Origin: Bacillota bacterium
Lineage (GTDB): Bacteria > Bacillota > Sulfobacillia > JAJZIM01
Length of the DNA: 64,000 bases
Direction of reading: 5' to 3'
Assembly: GCA_021810565.1 (NCBI GenBank)
Contig: JAJZIM010000003.1
Location: 8,911-72,910 of the forward strand
Shown here: positions 1 to 9,245 of the stretch, one piece after another
Numbering within the stretch: position 1 is the first letter of the stretch
Layout: each line of letters opens with the position of its first letter
Translations under genes and position numbers: made by a program
Notes under the pieces: model-generated
The model's input: the letters and a program-made list of their open reading frames with translations, nothing else
Database searches by the model: none
What the model was told of the DNA's origin: nothing

Positions 1-2649
1 GAGCAGGCGACGGTGTGGAACGCCTTCAACCAGATCCAGACTTACAAGAACGACATTCCATCCCTGTTTGCGTACAACGAGGTTTTGGTGATATCCGACG
101 GCCTGGAGGCGCGCGTCGGCTCCCTCACGGCCGACCGGGAGCGCTTCATGCCCTGGCGCACCATCGAGGGCGAGGACCTGGCGCCGCCGGGCCTGCCGCA
201 ATTGCAGGTGGTGATCCAGGGGGTTTTCGAGCGGAGCCGCTTCCTCGATCTGCTGAGGCATTTCATCGTATTCGAGACGGACGGGCCGGACGTCAGCAAG
301 AAGCTTGCCGGCTACCACCAGTTCCACGCCGTGAACCGGGCGGTGGAGGAGACGATCCGCGCGGCGCGGCTCCGTGCTGGGTACGGCATGGCGGCCGAGC
401 GTGAACCTGCGTACGAGGCGGGGGCCCGCATCGGCAGCGAGGCCGGAGACCGGCGCATCGGGGTGGTGTGGCACACCCAGGGGTCGGGCAAGAGCCTGAC
501 CATGGCCTTCTACGCCGGCAAGGTGGTGCAGCACCCGGCCATGGCGAACCCGACCATCGTGGTGCTCACCGACCGCAACGACTTGGACAGCCAACTATTC
601 GACAGCTTCGCCCTGGATCAGGAGCTCTTGCGGCAGGCGCCGGTGCGGGCGGAGAGCCGGGAGCACCTGCGCGTGCTCTTGCGGGTGGCTTCGGGCGGCG
701 TGGTGTTCACCACCATCCAGAAGTTCTTCCCGGAGGAGAAGGGGGCCCACCTGGCGGCGCTGTCCGAGCGGCGCAATATCGTGGTGATGGCCGACGAGGC
801 GCACCGGAGCCAGTACGACTTCATCGACGGGTTCGCCAGGCACATGCGTGACGCCCTGCCCAACGCCTCCTTCATCGGCTTCACCGGAACGCCCATCGAG
901 CTTGCCGACCGGAACACCCGTGCCGTCTTTGGCGACTACATCAGCGTGTACGATGTCCAGCGCGCCCAGGAGGACCATTTCACGGTGCCCATCTACTACG
1001 AGAGCCGCCTGGCGCAGTTGGCGCTGAGGGAGGAGGAGAAGCCGCGGGTGGACCGGGAGTTCGAGGAGGTTACGGAGCAGCAGGAGGAGACGGCCAAGGA
1101 GCGGCTGAAGAGCAGGTGGGCCGCCCTGGAGGCGCTGGTCGGCACCGACAAGCGCATAGACATGGTGACCCGGGACCTGGTGGAGCACTTCGAGCGGCGA
1201 TTGGAGGCCATGGACGGCAAGGCGATGGTGGTCTGCATGAGCCGGCGCATCTGTGTGCAGCTCTATGACGCCATCATGCGGCTGCGGCCGGAGTGGCACG
1301 ACGACGACGACCGCAGAGGCGTCGTCAAGGTGGTCATGACCGGCTCCGCCGACGATGCTGCGGAGTGGCAGCGGCACATCCGCAACAAGAAGCGGCGCGA
1401 GGAGTTGGCGAAGCGGTTCAAGGATTCGGAGGACCCCTTCAAGCTGGTTATCGTGCGGGACATGTGGCTCACCGGCTTCGATGCTCCGTGCCTGCACACC
1501 ATGTACGTGGACAAGCCCATGCGGGGCCACAACCTGATGCAGGCCATCGCCCGGGTAAACCGGGTGTTCCGGGACAAGCCCGGCGGCTTGGTGGTGGACT
1601 ACCTGGGGCTCGCCCCGCAACTGCAGGAGGCGGTGGCCGACTACACGGCGAGCGGCGGCAGGGGCAAGGCTGTGGTGAACCAGCAGGAAGCCGTGGCGAT
1701 CATGTTGGAACGGTACGAGGTCTGCCGGGACATGTTCCACGGCTTCGACTACTCAGGTTTCCTGACCGGCATGCCGGTGCAACGGCTGTCCATCCTGCCT
1801 GGTGCCCAGGAGCACATCCTGGCGCAGGAGAACGGCAGGGAGCGCTTCTTGACGGCGGTGTCCGCCCTGACCAAGGCGTTCGCCCTGGCGGTGCCGGAAG
1901 CGGCGACACTTCGCATCCGTGACGAGGTGGGCTTCTTCCAGACGGTGCGTGCGGCGTTGGCGAAGACGACCCGCGGCGCCGGCGCCGAGGAGGAGATGGA
2001 GCACGCCATCCGGCAGATCGTCTCGGGCGCGTTGGTTTCGGACAAGGTCATCGATGTCTTCGCCGCGGCGGGGCTCAAGAAGCCGGACATCTCGGTGCTG
2101 TCGGACGAATTCCTGGCCGAGGTGCGTGGCATGACACAGAAGAACCTGGCGGTGGAGCTTCTGCGGAAGCTTCTGAACGACGAGATCAGGATTCGCTCGC
2201 GCAAATTCCTGGTGCAGTCCCGCTCCTTCGCCGACAAGCTGGAGCAGGCCGTGCGGGCGTACCACAACCGGGCCATCAGTTCCGCCCAGGTGATCGAGGA
2301 GTTGGTGGCCATCGCGAAGGAGATGAGCGAGGCCAGGACAAGGGGCGAGAAGCTGTTCCTGAGCGACGACGAGCTGGCCTTCTACGATGCCCTGGAGGTC
2401 AACGACAGCGCGGTGAAGGTGCTGGGTGACGAGACGCTGCGGGCCATAGCCCGGGAACTGGTGGATACGGTGCGGCGGAACGTGACCATCGACTGGGCGG
2501 TGAAGCAGAGCGTGAAAGCCCGGCTGCGGGTCTTGACGAAGCGGATCCTGCGCAGGTACGGCTACCCGCCGGACAAGCAGGAGAAGGCCACGAAGACGGT
2601 GCTGGACCAGGCGGAGCTTCTGAGCGGGGAATGGATGCCTACCGAGTAA
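1..2649 (+). CDS. hsdR: Type I restriction enzyme R subunit (HsdR), 5'-truncated by window edge
   Basis: ORF 13..2649 has no upstream stop, so it continues off the window. Helicase motifs '[17 protein letters not shown]' (Walker A) and '[10 protein letters not shown]' (DEAH). C-terminal DUF3387-like tail '[32 protein letters not shown]'. Confidence 0.9.
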   Translation, partial: EQATVWNAFNQIQTYKNDIPSLFAYNEVLVISDGLEARVGSLTADRERFMPWRTIEGEDLAPPGLPQLQVVIQGVFERSRFLDLLRHFIVFETDGPDVSKKLAGYHQFHAVNRAVEETIRAARLRAGYGMAAEREPAYEAGARIGSEAGDRRIGVVWHTQGSGKSLTMAFYAGKVVQHPAMANPTIVVLTDRNDLDSQLFDSFALDQELLRQAPVRAESREHLRVLLRVASGGVVFTTIQKFFPEEKGAHLAALSERRNIVVMADEAHRSQYDFIDGFARHMRDALPNASFIGFTGTPIELADRNTRAVFGDYISVYDVQRAQEDHFTVPIYYESRLAQLALREEEKPRVDREFEEVTEQQEETAKERLKSRWAALEALVGTDKRIDMVTRDLVEHFERRLEAMDGKAMVVCMSRRICVQLYDAIMRLRPEWHDDDDRRGVVKVVMTGSADDAAEWQRHIRNKKRREELAKRFKDSEDPFKLVIVRDMWLTGFDAPCLHTMYVDKPMRGHNLMQAIARVNRVFRDKPGGLVVDYLGLAPQLQEAVADYTASGGRGKAVVNQQEAVAIMLERYEVCRDMFHGFDYSGFLTGMPVQRLSILPGAQEHILAQENGRERFLTAVSALTKAFALAVPEAATLRIRDEVGFFQTVRAALAKTTRGAGAEEEMEHAIRQIVSGALVSDKVIDVFAAAGLKKPDISVLSDEFLAEVRGMTQKNLAVELLRKLLNDEIRIRSRKFLVQSRSFADKLEQAVRAYHNRAISSAQVIEELVAIAKEMSEARTRGEKLFLSDDELAFYDALEVNDSAVKVLGDETLRAIARELVDTVRRNVTIDWAVKQSVKARLRVLTKRILRRYGYPPDKQEKATKTVLDQAELLSGEWMPTE

Positions 2650-2673
2650 TGCCGGCAGAAGGGGGGCCAGCAA

Positions 2674-4830
2674 GTGAGGATCACCGGGATCCATGCGAGC
2701 AACTTTCTTTCCTTTGCTCCCGACAAGGAGGACGGCGGGCCGGGTGGCCTGCATCTGACAGGGCTTGTCCGCCCGCTCACCATCCTGGTCGGTCCGAATG
2801 GCGCGGGGAAAAGCAACGTGCTGCGCGTTGTGGAAATGATGATGGGTTTCTTGAAGGACAGACAACTGGACCAGGAAAGACTTGCGGAACTCAAAAGACT
2901 CTATCATCGGAATGCGAATTGTAGTCACATAGCCCTGAATCTTGATGTGATTTTTGATCGGCCAGAGGAGAGGGATCTGTTCGTACTCTTCTTCAGGAAT
3001 TTGTTGGTCGGACCGAGCAGCAAGACGACAAGCAATGCTTTTGGAGAACCAGGCCCAGCTGGAAAAGCCCTTATTCCAGACCGACTGGCGTCTCTTCAAG
3101 AACGGTTGAGCAATGATGTGGAAGAAAAAGATATAGAAGTATTATTTCAGGGACAGTTCAGATTGGAGGTCGATATTCGCAATCCACATAGTGATAGTTT
3201 AGCATTTATATGCCAAAACAGTCATGTGCCGCTTAGAGTGGACATACACCATCGTTATTGGGCAGGAATGATACGCTTACCTGCATCTGCGACCGAGGGT
3301 GCGGTTGAGAGACCGCTTCTTGAAGCTTGGATTATGGCTATTGACGCCAGCTGCCGGGAAAAGCTGGGGGAATATTTGACGGAGGAAACCGAAGTAAACA
3401 TGCCGGCTATTCCGCGATTTAGCTTCGCCAATCTAACAGCAAGCACGGGGATAATGCCTGTTCTATTGAACATCCAATTAGAGCAGCCTCAGCGTGTTTT
3501 GCCGATACGCATGGAGCTCAATCAACGATTGGGTAGAGAACCGACAAACACTGATTGGATGGGTTTAACCGAAGTATTTCGACGCTTGGTTCAGGGACAA
3601 GTGGTTTGCATAGATAACTGGTTTGTTGTTGACAAACCAGAACTCCCCGGTGCTGAAGATAGCCAAACGCTCTCAAGTGTACTATTATCTGAAGGAAATT
3701 TAGCAAGGTATCTGTTTGGGCTGAAGAACTCCCCCGACAAATCAGAGCGTGAGCTTTTAAAAGGCATGTTGGAAGATTATCGTGATTTAACTGGATCGCA
3801 GATTGACGCTGTTATGCACCATATACCAAGTAAACAGGTAATACGTCAACACAATCAAAAACCAGAAGTAGAACCCGGCAAGTATGTTATTTCGCTGATC
3901 ACTGATGAGGATATACCTCTCCGCTACAGCGGCTCGGGCAGGGCCCAAGCGGCCATGCTTTGCGCCCTGGCCCACCAGCACCAAGGGCGCGTGTTGATCC
4001 TGGATGAGCCCGAGACATTTCTTCATCCGACGCTGCAGTCCGTTTTTGCAGACCGCTTTATGAAGGGTGATGCTCAGTATATCGTCATAACACACTCGTC
4101 CAATATCATTCCAGCAGGCAAATTGGAAGTGGTCCGCCGTGTGTACAGCAAGCATGACAATGATTGGAGAATGTCCGAGATAACCCCCGCCATCGACGAT
4201 GACAAGTCCAAAGAACTCGCACTACGAAAGCGCGTCAGAAGGCCGGAGGAAGCTGCCTTTCTGTTTTCGAGATGCACGGTGTTTGTGGAGGGACCTAATG
4301 AGGCGGCCGCATTGCCGGTATGGTTTGATACATGGATAAAGGAAAAAGTCCATCTGAGCGCTGAAGCGTGCGGAGTTGTGTTTCAAGCTGCGAATGGCAA
4401 GAATGGCATTCTGCCGCTTCTTAAGATAGCAGACCTATTTGTAGTCAACTCCATTCCCCTATATGACGCTGATGTTTTAGGAACCGACAAGAAAGGAGAG
4501 AACGCAAATATTCTGAGGGGGTGGCAGGATTATGGCTTAATTTGCAGCAACGGAGGAAAGGTTGAGTTAGGTAAGGGGGCTTCGATAGCGCTATTCCCGA
4601 AGTGTACAAAATACCGAATATTTCTATGCGGCAAAAAGTTGACGGATGATTTTGAAAAACTGCCCGTTTGCAAGGACCACATTGAGGAGGCCAACAAAGA
4701 AACCGGTGGAGGCCCGTTGGCATACCGGTACATCGCGGAACATTATCCATGCCCCGATGAATTTGTGCCGCTGTTTGACAAAGCACTGGAGCTGGCAATG
4801 GATGCCCCTGGCCGGAGAATGGACAAGTAA
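2674..4830 (+). CDS. OLD-family ABC ATPase + Toprim nuclease (class-1 OLD or fused AriA/AriB PARIS-like)
   Basis: GTG start 24 nt after hsdR stop, preceded by GAAGGGGGG. Walker A 'ILVGPNGAGKSN', 'YSGSGRAQAAM', Walker B 'VLILDEPETFLHP', 'IVITHS'. C-terminal Toprim-like 'TVFVEGPNEAAALP' and 'LYDADVLGTD'. Middle of the gene is visibly AT-richer. Confidence 0.8.
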   Translation: MRITGIHASNFLSFAPDKEDGGPGGLHLTGLVRPLTILVGPNGAGKSNVLRVVEMMMGFLKDRQLDQERLAELKRLYHRNANCSHIALNLDVIFDRPEERDLFVLFFRNLLVGPSSKTTSNAFGEPGPAGKALIPDRLASLQERLSNDVEEKDIEVLFQGQFRLEVDIRNPHSDSLAFICQNSHVPLRVDIHHRYWAGMIRLPASATEGAVERPLLEAWIMAIDASCREKLGEYLTEETEVNMPAIPRFSFANLTASTGIMPVLLNIQLEQPQRVLPIRMELNQRLGREPTNTDWMGLTEVFRRLVQGQVVCIDNWFVVDKPELPGAEDSQTLSSVLLSEGNLARYLFGLKNSPDKSERELLKGMLEDYRDLTGSQIDAVMHHIPSKQVIRQHNQKPEVEPGKYVISLITDEDIPLRYSGSGRAQAAMLCALAHQHQGRVLILDEPETFLHPTLQSVFADRFMKGDAQYIVITHSSNIIPAGKLEVVRRVYSKHDNDWRMSEITPAIDDDKSKELALRKRVRRPEEAAFLFSRCTVFVEGPNEAAALPVWFDTWIKEKVHLSAEACGVVFQAANGKNGILPLLKIADLFVVNSIPLYDADVLGTDKKGENANILRGWQDYGLICSNGGKVELGKGASIALFPKCTKYRIFLCGKKLTDDFEKLPVCKDHIEEANKETGGGPLAYRYIAEHYPCPDEFVPLFDKALELAMDAPGRRMDK

Positions 4831-4875
4831 CGTGGAGTAGGTAAGAGAGGTGGTTCGCGGCCACGCAGATATGGG

Positions 4876-5109
4876 GTGTCTTCCTCGGAAGGCGGCCCTC
4901 CATTTGCGGGAGTGGTGCCGATGAGCCGCGATATCCTGGAGGCCGTGGAGACCCGCCTGGTGCTCGACTGGCACCGCAAGCGGGACCTTCAGCGGGACAT
5001 CCGCTCCGCCGTGAAGCACAGGCTGACGGACGCCGGCTGCCCGAGGGACAAACTTTCGCCCCTTGCCGATGAGATCATGAACCTGGCCCTCCGCCGGATC
5101 AAAGGGTGA
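4876..5109 (+). CDS. small ORF resembling an HsdR C-terminal (DUF3387-like) segment; possible gene remnant
   Basis: 'RLVLDWHRKRDLQRDIRSAVKHRLTDAGCPRDKLSPLADEIMNLALRR' parallels the hsdR tail '[43 protein letters not shown]'. It overlaps the DUF45 gene by 11 nt. Confidence 0.3.
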   Translation: MSSSEGGPPFAGVVPMSRDILEAVETRLVLDWHRKRDLQRDIRSAVKHRLTDAGCPRDKLSPLADEIMNLALRRIKG

Positions 5110-5803
5110 GGAACGGCCCGTTGCGCCGCAGCCAGTCCCGGCGCTGCTTTTGGTCCGGCAGCACGCACTCCACGGCATGCCAGAAGTCTTGGGAATGGGC
5201 CCGCACCTTGAGGTGGCAAAGCTCATGCACCACCAGGTAGTCCACCACGGACAGGGGGACCATGATGATGCGCCAGTTGAGGTAGATGGCCCCGTCACGG
5301 GCGCAGCTCCCCCAGCGCCGCTCCTGATGTTTGACCACCACGCGGGAGGGGGCGACGCCCATCCTGGCTGAGTAGAGGTCCACCCGCTCCGGCAGCCGCT
5401 CCCTGGCGCGTTCCTCGAACCACTTGACGAGAGCCGCCCGCACAGCGGATGCGTCGTCTTTTCCCGGCAGGGTGACGATGATCCGGTCTCCGCGCAGGGC
5501 GACCGACAACCTGTCGTCCTCCCGCACCTTCAGCCGATAGCGCCTGCCCAGGTAGGGGAACGACTCCCCGCTGACGAACTCCTTGGGTGCGGGTTGCGGT
5601 GCCGGCGGCGCCTCGCGCAGTTTGCGGATGATCCACGGCGCCTTGCGCAGAAGAATGCCTTCCAGCGCGGCGGAGGAAACCCCCTGCGGGGCGGCTACGA
5701 TCACCCCCCTGGCCGGCTCCACGGTGATGGATACCGTGGAGCGGCGGGGGCTCAGCCTGAGATCGTAGGCGATGGTCCTGGAGCCGAAGGACAGGACGGG
5801 CAT
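5099..5803 (-). CDS. DUF45/YgjP-like HExxH zinc metallopeptidase (M48-related), a common Type I R-M neighbour
   Basis: 'VVDYLVVHELCHLKVRAHSQDFW' HExxH motif. RBS GGAGGTG 5 nt upstream of the ATG. 234 aa. Confidence 0.8.
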   Translation of the reverse strand: MPVLSFGSRTIAYDLRLSPRRSTVSITVEPARGVIVAAPQGVSSAALEGILLRKAPWIIRKLREAPPAPQPAPKEFVSGESFPYLGRRYRLKVREDDRLSVALRGDRIIVTLPGKDDASAVRAALVKWFEERARERLPERVDLYSARMGVAPSRVVVKHQERRWGSCARDGAIYLNWRIIMVPLSVVDYLVVHELCHLKVRAHSQDFWHAVECVLPDQKQRRDWLRRNGPFLTL

Positions 5804-5943
5804 TGGAGCACCTCCACCGATACAGGTTCTACGCTGAGACGCAAATTCCTAGGCGGGTTCGGCCGGGATGGCGAAGGCGGCGGGTAGACCAGGGACTGCC
5901 CCGGGAGGAGTGTTGCCGCGTTGACGCAGGGACTGGCGCCTAC

Positions 5944-7014
5944 ATGAAAGCACCATCGGTAAACGGCGGCGAAGACCGCTCAAAGTGGCTCTTCGGTTTC
6001 CTAGGCGGCCTGATCGGCGGCATCGGCGCCGTGGCTGTCGCCGTCGTCCTGACGCCATATCTTCGCGGAACCACGGGCGCGGCGACTACCGGAGGGGCTG
6101 CGGGACTGGTGGCGGCAGTCTTCGGCGGGCTTGCCGCGCTGCTCGCGGTGGGCATAGCGGTGGTGGTGGCGATCCAGTGGATATTTTTAGACGAACGCGT
6201 CAAGGTAGCGATAACACGGCAGTCGGAGAAAATTGCCAGGGATATGGATGCGAAGGTGAATAGCGCAGTGCGTGGTATGGGAGAGTTCGTGTTGGCTTGG
6301 CAAGGTTTAGTACAGACGGAATGGGATGAATCTGGAATAAAAAAAGCGCTACAGCATTATCCACCCATTCCAAACGCCGCGGCTTTAACGGCTATGCATT
6401 TCATAAAGTTGGCTTATGACTACAAGAGACACATAAAGCAAGTCCAAAAGGGACAATATGCAGAAATTGCAACGAACTTAGCTGAATACTGGGCGGACGA
6501 AGCCATTCACTCGGTGGACAGCCACGATCCCGGGTATCCCGAGTATGTCAAGGCCTGTGTCCTGTCGCTGCGCAAAGAGCCTACGTCGGCAATGAACTAC
6601 CTGCGCCAAGCATTCAAGAAAAATCCCGGCTACACGGAGGAAATCATGTCTGACGAAGAATTATGGAACATAATTTTCGGCATGACACGTGGGGAGCAGG
6701 ACATAATAAAGCGCGTACTATCGCTATTCCGGCTGGAGCTACCAATAGACTCGGAGATACGCAATCACGCGGAGAACAGGGATCAGATGCAACGCTCGTA
6801 TTACTATGCCGTAAATAAGGAGACGGGCGATTCAGGAACAATATATATAGAGGGGATTCCTTCCGCAAACAAGTGGTCATATTTGGGATTCACTATTGAT
6901 GACCAATATAATAGCGACAATGTTGACGAGGTGTTGTCATATGCTTCAGATAAGTACATTATCACGAGAATAAAGCCGCACGAGGAATATGCCGCTCTGC
7001 ATTACGGCAAATAA
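5944..7014 (+). CDS. membrane-anchored protein of unknown function (two Gly/Ala-rich TM helices + AT-rich C-terminal domain)
   Basis: Internal ATG 'MKAPSVNGGEDRSKWLFGFLGGLIGGIGAVAVAVVLTPYL...GLVAAVFGGLAALLAVGIAVVVAIQWIF', followed by a ~270 aa hydrophilic domain encoded by AT-rich DNA. I recognised no family motif. Confidence 0.55.
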   Translation: MKAPSVNGGEDRSKWLFGFLGGLIGGIGAVAVAVVLTPYLRGTTGAATTGGAAGLVAAVFGGLAALLAVGIAVVVAIQWIFLDERVKVAITRQSEKIARDMDAKVNSAVRGMGEFVLAWQGLVQTEWDESGIKKALQHYPPIPNAAALTAMHFIKLAYDYKRHIKQVQKGQYAEIATNLAEYWADEAIHSVDSHDPGYPEYVKACVLSLRKEPTSAMNYLRQAFKKNPGYTEEIMSDEELWNIIFGMTRGEQDIIKRVLSLFRLELPIDSEIRNHAENRDQMQRSYYYAVNKETGDSGTIYIEGIPSANKWSYLGFTIDDQYNSDNVDEVLSYASDKYIITRIKPHEEYAALHYGK

Positions 7015-7164
7015 GGCGCAGGGGATCAGGCTCACGAATCGCTTGCCCCAAGCGGCACGCATGGATTCTGTACTTCACAAGGGCCAACGTGCTGCAAGGT
7101 GCCATGTCCTTACTGGAGCAGGAGGGCAGGCCTTCAATGGGCGTGTTCACGGCGCCGCCGGGCG

Positions 7165-8472
7165 TTAACGCGACGCCCTGAACACCCCCGTCCAGACACC
7201 CATGCCCGCCGGCATGGTGACGGGCGCGCCGTCCACCGTCAGGCCGGCGGCAGCCGGGGCGCCGAGCTTCAGGTAGAGTTGGCCCGTGGACTTCCAGGTG
7301 GAGATGTTCCCGGGATACCGCATTCCCGCGAACAGCGTGGTTCCGTTGCTGGCGACGTCTACCCAGCACTGCCCGGTGAAGCTGACCGTGGCGGCCACGC
7401 TCCCGGCGGAAACGTCGTAGTCGTAGACGCCGTTCGACGCGGACACGAGGCGCACCGCGGGAGCCTTCGGCGGCGCGGCCGTGGTCGGGTGCCCCGGCCT
7501 GTCCATGATTACGACGACGGCGACCGGCACCAGGACCACGATGGCGACGATGGGCAGTGCTCCCCGCAGGCGGGAAGGGACATGATGCGCGGGCGCGGCC
7601 GCCGGGACGGACGGTGTTGCGGTGGGTGGCGGGGGAGGGGGCGCCGCGGGCGATGGCGGCGCGGCCGCAGCCGGCGCGCCCGCGCGTCGTTCCGGGGGGA
7701 GCACGAAGCGCCGGAACACGTCGGCCAACTGTTCCGGCGTGACCCCGGCCGGCAGGACGCCCGGCGTGTTCTGGATGACCAGGGGCGCAACGTCGGCCTT
7801 CACCACGGGCGCGGCGTCCTGCCCATCGATCACGGCGGCCTTGTGGGCCATGGCCACCAGGGCGTGGACCGGAACCTGGGCGAAGCCGCGCTGGTCCAGC
7901 ACGCGGCGGACGACATCCGCGTTGCGCAGCGCCTGCGCCACGCCGCTTGCCGTGCCCTCCACCACGCCGCGCTTCTCCCGCGACCATCCGGCGGGGGAGA
8001 CGCGGATGCGCCCAGCCCAGTTCTTCACCTCCACCACGTGCACGCCGTTGGGCCCGAAGACCAGGGCGTCGATCTCCACGCCGACGGGCCCCGCGTGGAC
8101 GATGCTGGCCGGCAGCGTGACGAATTCCCGCGGCAGGAAAGAGAGGTGGTGCAGCGTCTCCTCTTCGCCCTGCCGCCTTGGCGGCAATTTCGGACTGTTC
8201 CGGAGTTTCAATGATTGTGCCGGCTGACGGTTCAGAAAACCACCTGTGGCCGCAACGGAGACACGTCCACTGCTTGGGATCGACGAACAGATAGCATTGT
8301 TTTTGTCGTGCCAACTCAACCACGGTACGCCTGGTATTTGTACTTCCGCATGCTGGGCAGGCAATATCTTGATATTGCAGATGACCTCCAGCGGATTCAT
8401 TGACTTCCCTGGAAATCCACTGCAGGCGATGGCGGATCCAATAGCAGGGCAAACCATAATCCGCCGCTCCAT
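7165..8472 (-). CDS. NERD-domain protein with central TM segment and RodZ-C/DUF4115-like C-terminus
   Basis: 'VGVEIDALVFGPNGVHVVEVKNWAGRIRV' is a NERD core. Pro-rich linker, TM 'LPIVAIVVLVPVAVVVIM', and C-terminal 'VSFTGQCWVDVASNGTTLFAGM'. Start is uncertain (M at 8472 or 8400). Cys pairs lie near the N-terminus. Confidence 0.65.
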   Translation of the reverse strand: MERRIMVCPAIGSAIACSGFPGKSMNPLEVICNIKILPAQHAEVQIPGVPWLSWHDKNNAICSSIPSSGRVSVAATGGFLNRQPAQSLKLRNSPKLPPRRQGEEETLHHLSFLPREFVTLPASIVHAGPVGVEIDALVFGPNGVHVVEVKNWAGRIRVSPAGWSREKRGVVEGTASGVAQALRNADVVRRVLDQRGFAQVPVHALVAMAHKAAVIDGQDAAPVVKADVAPLVIQNTPGVLPAGVTPEQLADVFRRFVLPPERRAGAPAAAAPPSPAAPPPPPPTATPSVPAAAPAHHVPSRLRGALPIVAIVVLVPVAVVVIMDRPGHPTTAAPPKAPAVRLVSASNGVYDYDVSAGSVAATVSFTGQCWVDVASNGTTLFAGMRYPGNISTWKSTGQLYLKLGAPAAAGLTVDGAPVTMPAGMGVWTGVFRASR

Positions 8473-8710
8473 CGGCCACGCCCGGTCCCCGTCCGCCACG
8501 GAACCCCCGGTTTCGCTTCCCGGCCAAAAAGACGCCGTCTCCGCAAGGAGGCGGCATCTTTTTTCACTGGGGTCTCTTTCGCCGTGATCCGGTCGTTCAA
8601 CCCACCTCCCGTTTCCCGGCGCCGGGAAAAGCAACGGCCAGATCCGCGGCGCCGCAAGTTGCCTCTCCTGCGGCCACCGCGACGCTCCGGCGCCAGGAGG
8701 AGGTGTTCCT

Positions 8711-8926
8711 ATGCCGCAAGAAAAGCCCCCGTCCCTGGCGGAAGCTCCCGAGTTCCTGCGGATCGAGGAGGCCGCGGCGATCCTGCGGGTGAGCCGCAGC
8801 ACGGTCCACGCGGCGGTGCGCCGGGGCATGATCCCCGTCGTCGACTTCGGCCGCAAGCTGCGCATCCCGCGCCTTGCCCTGGAGCGCATGGCCGGGTTGC
8901 ACCGCGACGGCAAGGAGGTGGACTGA
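8711..8926 (+). CDS. excisionase-family HTH DNA-binding protein
   Basis: 'LRIEEAAAILRVSRSTVHAAVRRGMIPVVDFGRKLRIP' is an HTH_17/Xis-like motif. Confidence 0.7.
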   Translation: MPQEKPPSLAEAPEFLRIEEAAAILRVSRSTVHAAVRRGMIPVVDFGRKLRIPRLALERMAGLHRDGKEVD

Positions 8927-8927
8927 G

Positions 8928-9245
8928 GTGCCGATCGGCAACAAAACGTACCGGCGGTTCCTGGCGGAAACCGATCCCGAAGCGTTGGCGCGGCTTGACG
9001 CCGGGCGGTGCGTCAACTGCGGCATGCCCGTCACGCCGGATCATTTCCGCGGCTGGCCGGAGGTGTTCGCCCGCGAGTACCCCATCAGCGGCCTCTGCCC
9101 CGCCTGCCAGGTGGACGTGTTCGCGCCCGCGCCCGACGAGGAGTGCCGGTGGCGGACCACACCGGGCTTCTGCGCCCGGTGCGCCGCGATCCGGGGCTTC
9201 GACCCCGCGGACTGCCCCTCCCGGCGGGAGGGCGATCCCCGATGA
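8928..9245 (+). CDS. Cys-rich hypothetical protein (mobile-element passenger)
   Basis: GTG 2 nt after the previous stop. Motifs 'CVNCGMPVT', 'CPACQ' and 'CARCAA' suggest zinc-ribbon-like CxxC pairs. Its end overlaps the next ATG (ATGA). Confidence 0.45.
   Translation: MPIGNKTYRRFLAETDPEALARLDAGRCVNCGMPVTPDHFRGWPEVFAREYPISGLCPACQVDVFAPAPDEECRWRTTPGFCARCAAIRGFDPADCPSRREGDPR

Noticed and set aside
595-1740. 381-aa minus-strand ORF inside hsdR
   Set aside because: Antisense to a well-supported gene. The product is Pro/His/Arg/Gly-rich and low-complexity, typical of spurious ORFs in high-GC DNA.
5803-5943. N-terminal extension of the membrane protein ORF (MEHLHRYRF...)
   Set aside because: It overlaps the divergent DUF45 gene start and promoter region and is Arg-rich. 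The internal ATG at 5944, directly preceding the TM helices, is the more plausible start.
6962-8557. 531-aa minus-strand ORF and the overlapping 7099..8214 / 7622..8227 plus-strand ORFs
   Set aside because: Arg/Gly/Pro-rich nonsense in alternative frames of the NERD gene region. Only the NERD frame has a recognisable domain.
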